Assembly (NCBI GenBank): GCA_030390025.1
Contig: CM059431.1
Coordinates: forward strand, 116,252,001 to 116,316,000
DNA: 64,000 nt
Direction: 5' to 3'
Origin: Squalus acanthias
Taxonomy: Eukaryota
The position numbers were made by a program, and so were the translations under genes. Of this stretch, positions 1-12,591 are shown in pieces (within the stretch, counting starts at the first letter, position 1; the number at the start of each line of letters is the position of its first letter). Under the pieces are notes generated by a model. That model did no database searches. It was given only the letters and a program-made list of their open reading frames with translations, and was not told the DNA's origin.

Positions 1-1378
1 TCACAACTCCACAATGCCCACCAAAGGCAGGCCACTGAAGGGGCGATCCCCACCGTCAAACCCCTCACCCCCCTTCAAGGTCAAGGCCCATGAGCACTCA
101 AACGGCTATTAATGTGGCGGATGGGAAGGTCAGCGGCAGCTCGCCAGCACCAGATGTGGAACTGAGCGTTTACCTAGCAACCCACTGAAGTACCACATAC
201 ACACAACTTTCCACCCCTTTCTCTGTCTCCTTAGTCCCGAGGGGATAATGCTCGCCCATTCACACCTTATACCATCCTTTCCTGCAGAACCACGACAGTA
301 ACAAGGTGATGGGGCGAGGGCCGGGTTGGGGTGGGGGGTGGGGGGGCACCACTGTAAGAAGATTAGGATGACGCGAAGAAGGAACTGGGGAATTTTTTCT
401 CTCTTGTGAAATAGGAAGATGATGAATCGGAGCACGAGGACCAGCTTACCCACCATTTCAAACTGTTTCATCCTGCTCCGTCTTCAGTTCCAACACCCTC
501 CAACTTACCGGCTGCAGCACTTGCTTACTCTCTCCCAGGCACCAACTGAGAGACTTTCACCTGGGGGGCAATTAAATAGTGGTAGTGAGGAATTGAGCCA
601 AGGTGATTCAATGAGCACAAGAGATCTAGAGGAGTGGGAGTGGGGTAGGATATGCTCCCTTACCAGTGGAGTGAGGCGGAGGCTGCTTATGGCTTTGGAG
701 TTGTGAGACCCAGAACTCATGGGGACCTGTGTGAAAAGAAGGATGTTGGAGGAAGATCGCACCTATGTGTAGACTCTGACAACAATCTTCTCCAGAATGT
801 GTGGCAACTGAAGGTGTGACTATTTAGTTTACAGCTGTCCTTTGCAGCAACATGACAAAAGATTTGTCTTACTTGCAGGCACCAATGCAGCAAGTGGCAG
901 ATGCATGGAAATCTGCAACAGATACCCAGCTAAACAGCAGCCAGAGACCATTCGGTACCCCTGCCTCCATGGAGGCATAGACTGCAGCTCAGGAGGCAAG
1001 AGCGTTCGGATTGGAGCACAGTATTGTTCACGGCTTCTATACAGATGCAACTGATGTGTCTCGAGCCCTGAAAAGAGGTAAAGCCATAAAAGTCGAGTGC
1101 AGCGGTGACCTTCATTTCTACAAAGAGAGCAATGCTGGCAAATGAGCTTGATCCTGTGGCCCGTATTTTCAGATGCCTACCGGTGTGTACGGGCTGTGTA
1201 CACACCCGTAGGGACATCGGAAATGCCGGTTTCAGGCATGCGAAGCGCATGCGCTGAAAACCGGCATTTCCGATCTGTGAAGAATACTCTTCACAGATCG
1301 GACGCCTGTCCTTGAGAAGGGCCTCTGCGGGGGGAGAGTTCCTATTTCTGCAGAACCTCCGCCCGCTGAAAACCTTTA

Positions 1379-1465
1379 GGGGGAGAAATTTGGTATCGCC
1401 CCGTTTGGGGCGCAATTATCGGCCGGGCGCTAATGGGAGGCGCAAAGCAACCAAATTTTTCCCCC
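1379..1465. mobile_element. 87-bp minimal Harbinger MITE
   Basis: TIR GGGGGAGAAATTTGGT / ACCAAATTTTTCCCCC, TTA on both sides (1376-1378, 1466-1468). Its internal sequence is the two subterminal ends of the 1702-5884 family. Confidence 0.8.
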
Positions 1466-2058
1466 TTAGAAATCTTACGCCTGGTAAAAGCAAGCGTAAG
1501 GCTTGCTTTTACCAGCATAAGAGTTGAAAAAAGTTTTTAAAACAAAATTCACTCATTTATAATTTAAAAATACTTTTAAAAAAGGTTAGCCCTGTAAAAA
1601 CCGTTAATTATTTTTTTCAAAAAATTAAATTTTTGTTTAAAATATTTACTTGAATGTAATTTTAACTCATTTTAAAAATGTGATGGTTTTTTAAAAACAG
1701 TGGGGGAAAAATTCAGTTGCGCCCCATTTGGGGCGCAAATATCGTCCGGGCGCAAAAGTTAGCGCCTGGCGCTAATTATCGCCACTGACTGGAAACTTCA
1801 CATTTAACACCCCGGGAGGTGATTGGAGCGCTAAATCAGGCGCTGCGCACCTGTCTTAAGGTGCAAAGGCCGAGGAGTGAGGCGCTAACTCAGAGCGCGA
1901 GCGCAGCGCAGGTGCTGCCAGTTAGCGAGGGAACACAGACATACTGGCGCCGGCCAGTTCTTAAAGGGGGGGTCGATCTTGCTCCCCAGCCACTCCCTGC
2001 TCATTGCAGCCTTGAATCTCGGCCTGGAGAGACCTGTGAATCCATTTTCCAGCCAAGG

Positions 2059-3902
2059 ATGGAGAGGGTGAGAGAACGAGCTGAGCGCTTCACCGAGCGG
2101 GCCTTGGATGCTCTGGTTGGCGCGGTGGAGCGCCGAAGACCAATACTGTACCCAAAGAGTGGCAGGAGGCCTTTGCCGCGCGACTACAGAAGAGTGTGGA
2201 GGGAGGTGGTTCAGCGCGTCTCCTCCAGGAGCATGGTGCCCAGGACCCATGTCCAATGCCGGAATAAGTTCAACGACCTCACTCGGGTCGTCAGGGTGAG
2301 TGGCTTTTTTGCAATACCTCTCCATCCCTCCATCTCAACCTCACTCTATGGCCAGAGGGTCTTAAAACCACAATTAACAACACTCATCCAACACCTATGG
2401 CCCTTTCATGAAGCACACACACACATTCCATACTTTGCATACAGTAAGGGCTATTCACCTATGGGAGGCACATCAGGCAAGACCATGGCTGTATACAATA
2501 AGGGCTATTCACCTATGGGAGGCACATCAGGCAAGACCATGGCTGTATACAGTAAGGGCTATTCACCTATGGGAGGCACATCAGGCAAGACCATGGCTGT
2601 ATATTTACTCAGGTGCCGTCCTTTTTCTTGCAGGCCAAGCTGGCGCATAATAGGAGACAGCAGCAACGGACGGGTGGAGGGCGGCCTCAGCTGCAACCCC
2701 TCAGCGATCTTGAGGAGCGCGTCCACAGGATTGTGGCAAGCCGGGTGATCGGTCCCGTCGCCACTGGAGACGCCGACCCCGTTCTGGACAGCAATGGTAA
2801 GGTCATCACCTTTTTGTCCTCTGTCCTTCCACTTGTCCCTCACAACACCAGCCTTTGACACTTTCAATCCAACTTACTAACTCGCTGCACTTATTCCTCC
2901 CTTACTGCCACCCTGTCCTCACGCTAAAGCCACTCTTGTACCTCCCTGCTTTCAGATGGTGATTCACCAGCTGAGGAGACGGGCCCTGAAGCTTCCAGTG
3001 GGAGTGAAGCTGCAGCCGAGGAGGAAGAGGAAGCCGGAGCATCAGTGCCACCCTCTCCCGAGGAAGCCCATGCCGACACTGGGAACACGCCTTCCCTGGA
3101 GGGGAGCAGGGGGGAAGGGTCTGATGAGGGTGAAGCTCCAGGACCCAGCGGGCTGCAGCAACGCGATGGGGGTAGGGAAGCTCGGGGGCCTTCTCCCCAG
3201 AGGGAGAGTAGGCCAGCGAGTCCTGCTGCACTGGACGCAGAGGAGGAGCGGCTGATCGTGGAAATGAACACCCAGGCAGTGGGCATGCACACTGAGCTCA
3301 TGGCTGCAGTGGGTAGGGTGCCCGAATGCATTGAAGCACTGGCAAGGAGTGTGGAGCACTTCGCTGTAGCGCAGGCGGATGCGACACTGACGCTCAGTGC
3401 TGCAATTCAATCTCAGACTGCTCTCATGCAGACTCAGATTGAGGTCATGCGAGCACTGTATGCTGCCATCCTCGCTGGTTCGTTCACATTTCCCCGGGGC
3501 TCTCACCGCGCCGCAGCAGGCCAGCAATCTGTGCTCCAGCAGATTGCTCCGGATGCTGAGGTGCTGCCCCGTGGGAGTGCCAGTGTGCCGGTCAAGCAGG
3601 GAGTTGCTGTCCTCGCTCAAGATGACAGCATTCCTGCTGCCACCACTGTCACTTCTCCACTGCAGTTGCCACCGCCTGTAGGACAGACTGCTGCCGCCCA
3701 TGCAGAGTTGGTGCAGTCTGCAGCCGAGCCCTCCAGGCCCAGAACTGGTCAAGGCTGTCCCTCAAGGGCATCTGCATTGTCAGGGCCTGACAGTCAGCAG
3801 CCTTCCACCAGCCTTGCTGCAGCCACTGAGGTCCCATTGCGGAGGAGCAGTAGGGTAAGAAGGGGGGAAGGGCGCACGGGAAGGAGTTCACCCTCGATGT
3901 AG
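2059..3902 (+). CDS. Harbinger Myb/SANT-like (trihelix) DNA-binding accessory protein, 3 exons (2059-2295, 2634-2796, 2956-3902), ~448 aa
   Basis: RFTERALDALV...W..V...RT..QCRNKFNDL Myb/SANT-like motif followed by RRQQQRTGGG. GT-AG introns (AGG|GTGAGT...TTGCAG|GCC; AATG|GTAAGG...TTTCAG|AT) splice in frame with no stop. Confidence 0.85.
2439..2602 (+). repeat. 54-bp tandem repeat x3 in intron 1 of the Myb gene
   Basis: ATGGGAGGCACATCAGGCAAGACC recurs at 2461, 2515 and 2569. Confidence 0.9.
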
Positions 3903-4213
3903 GAGGTGTGACAAAATGCTGGTCATTTTTTTATTAAAGGCCGAGGTTCGTGGTCAAACTTTTGTTGAGTGTTTTGCACATGATCTCCAGGTTGTGAGAA
4001 CCAGTTATGGTAATGACTGTTTTTTTGTGTTTATTTGTATGAGTTTGTCATGAAGAAATGACACACACAGAGTTTGTAAAATAAATAAGTTTTGGTACTC
4101 AAAATATACATGTTTGGTGTTTGGAATCAGTGGTGCCTTGGCCGGCTTAGGGGTTGCGTGTTGGGTTCATTCATGCTGTTCTCAATGGCAGAAGCCATTT
4201 CCACAGCAGGTGC

Positions 4214-4312
4214 CTAGAAGCGGCTTGCTATCAGCCGCTGACGGACGGCCCTTGCAGTTTCACCATTGTGGGCCGCCCTCACGCCTTGGTGCTGCTGCTG
4301 ATCATCCTCCTC

Positions 4313-4343
<31 letters not shown>

Positions 4344-5374
4344 GGTGGTGCTCCAAGGCCTGGTGGCATTGGCTGGGTCCTGAGGATTGCCATGTTATGC
4401 AGCATGCAGCACACAACTACGATGTTGGAAACTCGCTCAGGCGAGTACTGCAGGGCTCCTCCAGAATGGTCGAGACAGCGGAACCGTTGCTTGAGCACGC
4501 CGATTGTGTGCTCCACGATGTTCCTGGTAGCTTGATGGCTCTCGTTGTACCGCAGCTCAGCAGGGGTGTTGGGCGTACGGAGCGGTGTCATCAGCCAGGT
4601 GCTCAGTGGATACCCCTTGTCCCCGAGAAGCCAACCAACTGGCTGATGCGGTGCCTCGAAAAGTTCTGCCACAGTAGTCTGGCGCAGGATGAAAGCATCG
4701 TGGCAGCTGCCAGGATAGTGGGCATTGACAGCGAGTATCAGCTGTCTGTGGTCACAGACCAACTGAACATTCAAGGAATGGAACCCCTTTCTGTTCCGGA
4801 AATCCTCGGCATTCTCATGCGGAGCACGCAAAGCCACATGCGTGCAGTCAATGGCGCCCTGCACCATGGGGAAGCCCGCTATCCTCGCAAAGCCCAGAGC
4901 GCGTTCTTGCTGCTTGTCTGGGGTCATGGGGAAAGAGATGAACTCTCGTCTCCTTTTAAAGAGGGCATTTGTGACCTTCCTGATGCAGCAATGCACCGCG
5001 AACTGGGAGATATTGGCGATGTCCCCAACAGCAGATTGAAATGAGCCAGTAGCATAAAAGTTCAGAGCCACTGTGACCTTCACTGCCACCGACAGAGACG
5101 TCCTGGACCTCAGTTGAGGCTGCAGATCTGGCTGCAGCAGGTGGCAGAGCTCAGTGACCACCTCCTTGCTGAAGCGCAGCCTTCGCAGACACTGCTCATC
5201 AGACATATGAATGTAGGAGAGCTGTTCACGATATACCCTGGGAGGGTAATGTCTCCTGTACAGAGGCCTGTTGGCCCTCCTCCGTCTGGCCATGATTGCC
5301 ACTCTCTCTCTGCATCTCTGTCTCCTCCGATTCAGCTGGCGCAGGACGATGCCCCCCATCAGTGCAGCCCCCAT
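4214..5374 (-). CDS. PIF/Harbinger (HARBI1-like, DDE_Tnp_4) transposase, uninterrupted ~386 aa
   Basis: [55 protein letters not shown] and CCMLHN motifs. All three DDE residues present. Acidic C-terminal tract. Confidence 0.95.
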
Positions 5375-6869
5375 ATCTCTTAGCAAGCAAAGTTATGAAG
5401 GCCAGAAACCAAAGTACCTGCGAAGTTAGGATGAGTAGCCAAAACTACCTCACACAGCGTTGACTCAATGCAGAAGTCTCTCTTTCTCTCTCTCCGAATC
5501 TCTCTCTCTCTCTCAGAACGAGTGGTGCAAAAATGTCAACCACAGAGAAAGACAGGAAGAGGCCCCCTTTAAATAGCACCCCCCCCAGCCCCACAGCGAT
5601 TGTTAGCGTTCCACTCTTCCGGTCGTTGGATGCGCCAGGCGGTAAGGATGGGGGCGCCACTGAAATTCTGCTCCGGGGCGCCACAAGGGCGTTGCACTCT
5701 CATATGACGTCACAATCTGCGCGCGCAGGAGATCGCGGCGATAAAGTTTAGCGCCGCCGCAAAATGTCTAGTTAAGTTCGCGAGCGGCGCAAACATCGCT
5801 GCGCCCGGGCGCTAGCTGCTTTGCGCCCCATTAGCGCCCTCTTAAGGCACTAACGGGAGGCGCAACCAACTGAATTTTTCCCCCATTTATTTAATGTTTT
5901 AGTGTCTTTTTGGGGTGATCTCCTTATATATCATTCATATATTTGACAGGTCTATCTGTCAAAAGTATGAAGGGAGATTCCCTTCTCCTATTGGCTGGCC
6001 TGGCCCATGTGATCCCAGGGACGCTTGTGAACTGCCTGCGCCCCTGGGATACGTGGGCCCTGCGCATTTCGACTGTGGAGAGGCCCAGGAGCGGAAGTGT
6101 CTGGACCTCGGGAGCCCTCTGGTAAGTGCGTAGATTTTTTTCCGATAGGAGGCATCCGCACGCAGGAAGTCTCCTATCGGAAATTACAGACCACTATCTT
6201 TATGAAGTAGATTACAGAGATGCCTTATTGCAGCTTTAAAGAAGTGAACTCCTCCGATGCAGAGCTCCTCAGAGAGGTTTTCATAGAATGTGTACTGCCT
6301 GTAAAATGTTTAGGGGAGGTAATGCTTGGGGAAGGTAATATCTGGTGGGGTATATTCTTCCAGCATGGTGCCTGACTCGCCTTCCCTCCAACCTGAACTC
6401 TTTTTGCCCCTCTTTCAAAATAATGGCATTGAGTGATTTACCCAGAAGCAGACCATACCTGCCTCTGTGTCGTTCTGACTGTGAGGGGGTATGGTAGGAA
6501 GATCTTCAGGAGGTCTGACCCAGTAGCAGGCAGTCAAAAGAAAGTGCAGTTCTCTGTAGCAACAAATCAAAAAAAAAAGGTAGAACAAATGTTTACACGC
6601 TGCTGAAGTCACTAATCAATCTCTCCAGACTCTTCAAAGCTGACAAACGCCTCACTTGTGCCTTGATCAGGTGATACAGACAGCTGTACATATCTCCCTT
6701 ATATATCAGTCTAATTTGCCCGAGTGCAATGGGGAGGGTAAAACCAGGAAATTTGCATCTGCAGTGCCTCTGGCTGAGGGGTGGCCATATGTAACTGAGG
6801 CTAACGGGGATTAAACAGGCAGATCGTAGAAAGGCTCAATAAACACAAGGAAACTTGGGGAACCATTTA

Positions 6870-6955
6870 AAGAAAGAAAGAACTTACATTTATATAGCGC
6901 CTTTCACAACCTCAGGACGTCCCAAAGCGCTTTACAGCCAATAGAGTACTTTTTT
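6870..6955 (-). repeat. L2-type/DeuSINE-like 3' tail fragment
   Basis: TTTATATAGCGCCTTT...CCCAAAGCGCTTTACAG next to an A-rich microsatellite. The same motif occurs at 37075, 50610 and 51985. Confidence 0.5.
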
Positions 6956-7629
6956 TATTGTGAAGGAATAAGCCATATTCAGAAAAATACACCATTCTAT
7001 GAAAGAATTCTGGCCTTTGTAACATGACAAACTGGGCTTGAAAATCTAAAAACCTAACAATAGAGAAGCTGTAAACAGCATACAGGCTATTGAGACAAAG
7101 TAAGCTGTTGATACTGAATCAATAAGCTTATTGAAAAAGGAGGTTGGAGGTTCCTGAAGTCTGAAGCCTTGGAAAGAACACAATGGTACGGTAACATCTT
7201 CAGGTTGTTCCTTTCCTTTAGGGAGAGATAGTCTGGACCTTTAGACCCAATTAAGCATCTTTAGGATTCAACTACCTCAAACTTAAGTTGAAAGTGAACA
7301 TCTGGGGAATACGCCTGATCCGGGGTAGCCCAAAAGGGGCTTGGACTAATAATTATCCCTTCAGTATAAAGGCACACAAGCATTGGAAATGAATTCCACC
7401 TGAATTTCTTTGCTGAAACAATGGTACTGCACCATTCCAGCACTGCTAATGTGCTGAAAACATTGAGAATATATGTCTATTAAGGTTAAAGCTTTCCATG
7501 GAGGCAATTAGTGAAATCTATCAAAATAGTAGCAGGCTACTTGGAGAACTGAAACTCTGACTACAGCGGCTCTGCCTGTAGCTGAGAATGTCATAGCTTC
7601 TCTGAATGCTTTCGCTACTTAGAGCACAA

Positions 7630-7805
7630 CATAGATGCATTTAAGGGGAAGCTAGATAAGTATATGAAGGAGAAAAGAATAGAAGGATATGTTTGATAGG
7701 GTGAGATGAAATAAGGTGGGAGAAGGCTCGTGTGGAGCATAAACACCGGCATGTACCAGTTGGGCTGAATGAACTGTTTTTTGCTGTAAAATTCTGTGTC
7801 ATTCT
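7630..7805 (+). repeat. CR1-family 3' end fragment
   Basis: ATAGATGCATTTAAGGGGAAGCTAGATAAG... shared with 49515-49760 (+) and 37930-38185 (-). Confidence 0.6.
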
Positions 7806-8195
7806 ATCCACCTGCACGCAGGCTAATTTCCTCCCCACAAAAGTACAGAATAACAACATTCTCAACTTTATATACATGTAGTCAATGACACCATGGGGAA
7901 GCCAGCAACATTGGCTGGAATTTTCTTTACATAGGCGGGCAGTCGGCGTGGTGTGTCGGGACCTCATTGTTCTTTTCATCGCGCTGCTCAGAGCGACTTT
8001 CTCTTAATGATGCCTATTAAGGCAGGCCTGCGCGTTTCCCAACCCTATCAAGCAGTGCAGGTCTGATGACATCATCAATGACTCAGTTCCAGCCGGGATA
8101 TTTAAAGGAGCCTTGACCACATTGCATTTGAAGGTTCATCTAGGAGTGTGCAAGCTTTACATTTTAGCTTTTGGGTCTTGCTCAGCCTTGCACAC

Positions 8196-8435
8196 ATGAC
8201 TGCACAGAGGCAGAGGGCTGCACCCAGGTTTGCAGGTGACTCCCAGCATATGCTTGTGGAGGGAGTGAGAGCACGCAGGGAAGTCCTCTTCCCTTCTGAT
8301 GGGTGAAAGAGACCTTCCCAGGAGACCAAAAGAGCCTAGCTGCAGATAGCAGAGGAGGGCAACAGCAGGGATGTTGTGAGGAGGACCTGGGTGCAGTGCC
8401 GGAAACGTTTCAAGGATCTCATTAGATTAGGAAAG
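8196..8435 (+). pseudogene. Myb/SANT exon 1 remnant of Harbinger
   Basis: APRF...VRRTWVQCRKRFKDL with in-frame stops, ending at AAG|GTGAGT. Confidence 0.7.
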
Positions 8436-8685
8436 GTGAGTGCAAACCAACACTCAACTTCATCCTACACTGCCTGTCATCACATCCCCATCACTCTGCC
8501 TTCCCAAGCCTACTTCTGCACATCATTACTCACACCAACATACCTTGCATGTCCACCCACTCCTCTCTCTCTGTCTACATAATCACATCCCCATCTGAGT
8601 AGCAACCCCTCACACTCACTCTCATCCTAGTGCAATCATACCAACTAACAACACACAATGAGGCCACTTGGCATTGCCAACCCTC

Positions 8686-10102
8686 CTTCTTCTTAGCCAG
8701 TCCCTCGGAACTGAGGATGACTTGCTTCCACACTAAAAATGAGTTCTCAGGTGACTGATGAATCCAATGCAGAACCTACAGTCTCTGTCACAGGTGGGGC
8801 AGACGGTGGTTGAAGGGGCGGGTGGGTGGGGTGCTTGGGTTGACGTGCGCTCCTTCCACTGTTTGCGCTTGGCTTCCGCTTGCTCCTGGTGAAGAGACTC
8901 GAGGTATTCGGCGCCTTCCCGAATGCTTCTCCTCCACTTTGTGCGGTCTTGGGCCAGGGATTCCCAGGTGTTGGTGGGGATGTTGCACTTTTTCAAGGAG
9001 GCTTTGAGGGTGTCCTTGAAGCATTTCCTCTGCCCACCTGGGGCTCTCTTGCCGTGTCGGAGCTCCGAGTAGAGCACTTGTTTTGGGCATGCGGATGATG
9101 TGGCCCGTCCATCGGAGCTGATCGAGCATGGTCAAAGCTTCGATGCTGGGGATGTTGGTCTGAGCGAGAACACTGACGTTGATGCGCCTATCCTGCCAAT
9201 GGATTTGCAGGATCTTGCGGAGGCAGCGTTGGTGGTACCTCTCCAGTGCTTTGAGGTGCCTGCTGTACATGGTCCATGTCTCTGAAGCATACAGGAGGGT
9301 GGATATCACGACTGCTCTGTAGACCATGAGCTTGGTGCTGGGTTTGCGGTCCTGTTCTTCAAACACTCATTTCCTCAGGCAACCGAAGGCTGCACTGGCA
9401 CACTGAAGGCGGTGTTGGACTTCACCATCGACGTCTTCCCTTGTTGACATTAGGCTCCCGAGGTACGGAAAGTGGTCCATGTTGTCCAAGGCCTTGTCAT
9501 GGATTTTGATAATCGGGAGGCAGTACTGTGTGGCGGGGGCAGGTTGGTAGAGGAACTTTGTCTTATGGATGTTTAGTGTAAGGCCCATGCTCTCGTACGC
9601 TTCGGTGAAGGTGTTGACGATGGTTTGGAGTTCGGCCTCAGAGTGTGCGCAGACGCAAGCGTCGTCTGCATACTGTAATTTGATGACAGAGGATGGGACG
9701 ATCTTGGATCTGGACTGGAGGCGACGGAGGTTGAACAGTTTCCCGTTTGTTCTGTAGATTAGCTCCACTCCAGCGGGGCGCTTACTGAGGGTGAGATGGA
9801 GCATTGCAGCCAGGAAGATTGAGAAGAGCGTTGGTGCGGTGACACAGCCTTGCTTGACCCCGGTCCGTACGTGAATTGTGTCTGTGGTGGATCCGTTGGT
9901 CAGGATCAAGGCTTGCATGTCGTCATGAAGCAGGCGGAGGATTGTGACAAACTTTTGAGGGCAGCCGAATTTGAGGAGGACACTCCATAATCCCTCACGG
10001 TTGACGGTGTCGAAGGCCTTTGAGAGGTCAAAGAAGGCCAGCTACAGCGGTTGGTGCTGTTCCCTGCATTTCTCTTGTAGTTGACGCGCGGTGAAGATCA
10101 TG
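8686..10102 (-). mobile_element. 5'-truncated RTE-clade LINE (RT and C-terminal region, frameshifted)
   Basis: TGVKQGCVTAPTLFSIF, LQYADD, FPYLGS, LLYASETWT, LRWTGHIIRM, C-terminal CPTC..C...GFISHLRTH. Short 3' UTR with (AAG)-type tail. Confidence 0.88.
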
Positions 10103-11399
10103 TTACTCTGGCACAGGTCCATCAAGAGCCCCTTCCCCAACTGTCCAGGTGGAAGAGGAAGACATCTCCTCAGAGGAGCCTGCAACCTCTGAGGATGCAC
10201 CGTCAGCAGACGTAAATGCACCCAGCACCAGCGTAGATACACATATCTCGGTGGGTCCTACGTGAGATAGAGTAGTGTTGTCACCTGGTGTCTCACAAGT
10301 CACAAGTAAGCAAGAGGAGATGGTGGAGACAGGGACAGCAGTGGAGACTCCTCGCTGGAAGGTGCAGGATGCTCCCAGCACTGTTCAGCTGTGTACAGAC
10401 GCTGAGCCTCGGGGGCCATCGTGAAAGAGGGCGATCCTGGAGCTACAGGAAGAAGTGCAGGAGGCTCTGACAGGTTTTGCGACCACGATGTCTGCAAATG
10501 AGCAGAGAATGGAAGAGTCCATCTCCAACATGAGCACCACCGTGTCGCAGGTGATGGTGTGTAGGCTCTTCCATGGATAGGATGGCCACCTGCATGGAGC
10601 AGCTAATGTGCCACTCACAGGAGTCTCTATGGAGAATAGATGGCAAAGGCTCATAGACCTCCTGTCTAGGTGGGATGTAAACGTAGACTTTCGGTTCTCA
10701 TGGCCCCAATGCTGTCCAGCTCTTTGCTAGCAGGGAAGTGCGGGTAGCCTATGAGAGGGTTGATGATGAGAGGGGGCATGGAAGTGAGGGCTCCTCTCCA
10801 AGCACTCACACTTCTCTCGCGTTGCCGCCTACCCCCTCTTAGTCAGAACACCAGATGCCTCCTGGGATCGCGATGGCCAAGTCTGCCCCTGCAAAGTCGC
10901 AGGTGGAATAGACTTTGATGGCAGCATCAGAGGCTCCAAAACCCAGAGGACGTCTGCCAAAAGTGCCTATGCAATCGCAGCAGCGAAGTGAGCGGCCTGC
11001 CTCTACCTCTGCTGAAGCCACAGGGGTTGCACCTCGTAGAAGCATGCGTAAGAGAAAGGTGACACAGAAGTAGGTGCACAAGGGTAAGCACTTGGGTGTT
11101 TAAAAAACTGTTTCTGTTAAGGTTCATTACTCTTATGTCACATATAAAACTATATATTTCCAGTCATGCCCACTTTTGTCTGATACTTTGGAAGTGGCTT
11201 TGTGAGTTGGAGTGAATGGTCATACATAATGTTACCTCTAGCAATGGGGGTCAGTGTGAAAGGAATGGCTTGGTCATTGTAGGGACACTTTATGGTGTTG
11301 TTGTGACAGGGTGGGGTGGGGGGTGGAACCTGGCACAACATGTGGCAGCCATATGGGTGTAATGCATGAAGTTAAGTAAATCAGGCCTCCCAGGCAGCA

Positions 11400-12591
11400 T
11401 TGTGCGCGAGTTCTGGTGGCATCTGGACCTCAGGTTCCTCCTGCTCCTCCTCCTCATCTTCCAGATGATGCTCCTCCTTCTCCTCCTCCTCTGAAGAGGC
11501 TGTGTGCTCAGAGCCTTGCTCCTCTTACAGCGCCAATCCTCGCTGCTGCGCTATGTTGTGCAGGACGCAGCAGACCACGACGATTCTAGAGACTCTGGCT
11601 GGTGCAAACTGAAGGGCTCCTCCAGCTCTGTCAAGGCATCTGAAGTGCATTTTCAGCATGCCTATTGTCTGCTCTATAACACATCTCGTGGACATGTGGC
11701 TTTCATTATATCTCTCCTGGGTCTCAGTCCTTGGTCTCCTCAAGGGTGTCATGAGCCATGTCTTCAATGGATAGCCCTTGTCTCCAAGCAGCCAGCCGGA
11801 AAATCTGTTTGGAGGAGCAAAGAGCTGAGGGAGGGTGGACTGGTGCAGGACGAAAGAGTCATGACAGCTGCCAGGTAATTTGGCACACACATGCTTGATG
11901 ATTTTTCTATGGATGCAGACCAGCTGCATATTGAGGGAGTGGAAGCCCTTGCGGTTCACAAAGACTCCTGGGTGAGAATGGGGTGCCCTGATGGCTACAT
12001 GTGTGCAGTCAATGACGCCCTACACCCGTGGGAAGCCCGCCAGAGTGGCAAAGTCCAGCGCCCGCTCAGTAACACTGGCGTCATCAGTGGTAAAGTTGAT
12101 GTAATGGGCTGACTTGTCAAAGAGGGCAGCGGTGACCAGTGTGATGCATCTGTGGGCGGCCGACTTCGAGATGTCGCAAATGTCTGCTGCAGATCCCTGG
12201 AAGGAGCCTGAGGTGAAGAAGTTGAGGATGCTGGTGACTTTGACAGCTACTGGTAAGCATGTCCACCCAGTCCTCTGGGCTGGAGTTCTTGCTTCAACAA
12301 GGTACAAATGTCTGCGACGACCTGATGCAATAGCCTGATCCTCCTTTGGCACTGCTGCTCAGTCATGTTGAGGAAGCTCATCCTCTGCCTGTATACCCTG
12401 TGATGGGGCTATAGTCTCCAGCGCGGTGCAGCCCTGCACTGATGCCTTTTGTCCTGTTGAGCATCAGGTGGTTGAGGAGAATGTTGGTGGTGTTGTTGTT
12501 GGTGCTGCTGGTGTGCCTGGTGCTGCTGGTGTCGGGGCTCATCGTGGTCCGATTCTGAGGACCAAGATGAGACAATATAAATGCCACCCAT
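11400..12591 (-). pseudogene. Harbinger transposase pseudogene
   Basis: Fragments [60 protein letters not shown], split by stops and frameshifts. Confidence 0.88.

Larger units (their letters stand above)
1702..5884. mobile_element. Autonomous PIF/Harbinger DNA transposon, apparently intact
   Basis: Perfect 18-bp TIR GGGGGAAAAATTCAGTTG. Flanks AGT/ATT (3-bp TSD with one mismatch). Carries convergent Myb/SANT and DDE transposase genes. Confidence 0.93.
1157..6193. mobile_element. Non-autonomous Harbinger-type MITE acting as host for two nested insertions
   Basis: Imperfect terminal inverted repeats (TIRs): TGGCCCGTATTTTC versus reverse complement TGGTCTGTAATTTC. Internal GC palindromes (GAAATGCCGGTTTC...GAAAACCGGCATTTC) and AT-rich core resemble the uninterrupted MITE at 54143-54903 in opposite orientation. 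Confidence 0.6.

Noticed and set aside
130..1054. Short ORFs at the window start
   Set aside because: No recognisable domains; probably decayed repeat sequence that I cannot assign.
2439..2602. CRISPR-like array
   Set aside because: Head-to-tail repeats without unique spacers, eukaryotic context, no cas genes.
1819..2748. 309-aa ORF with a YSKGYSPMGGTSGKTMAV x3 repeat as a real protein
   Set aside because: It reads through Myb intron 1; the repeat is an intronic 54-bp tandem duplication whose length happens to be a multiple of 3.
4154..5044. 296-aa plus-strand ORF
   Set aside because: Antisense shadow of the transposase with no independent motifs.
4214..5374. Domesticated host gene HARBI1
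   Set aside because: It lies between TIRs with a partner Myb gene and has several decayed paralogues in the window, so it is a transposon copy.
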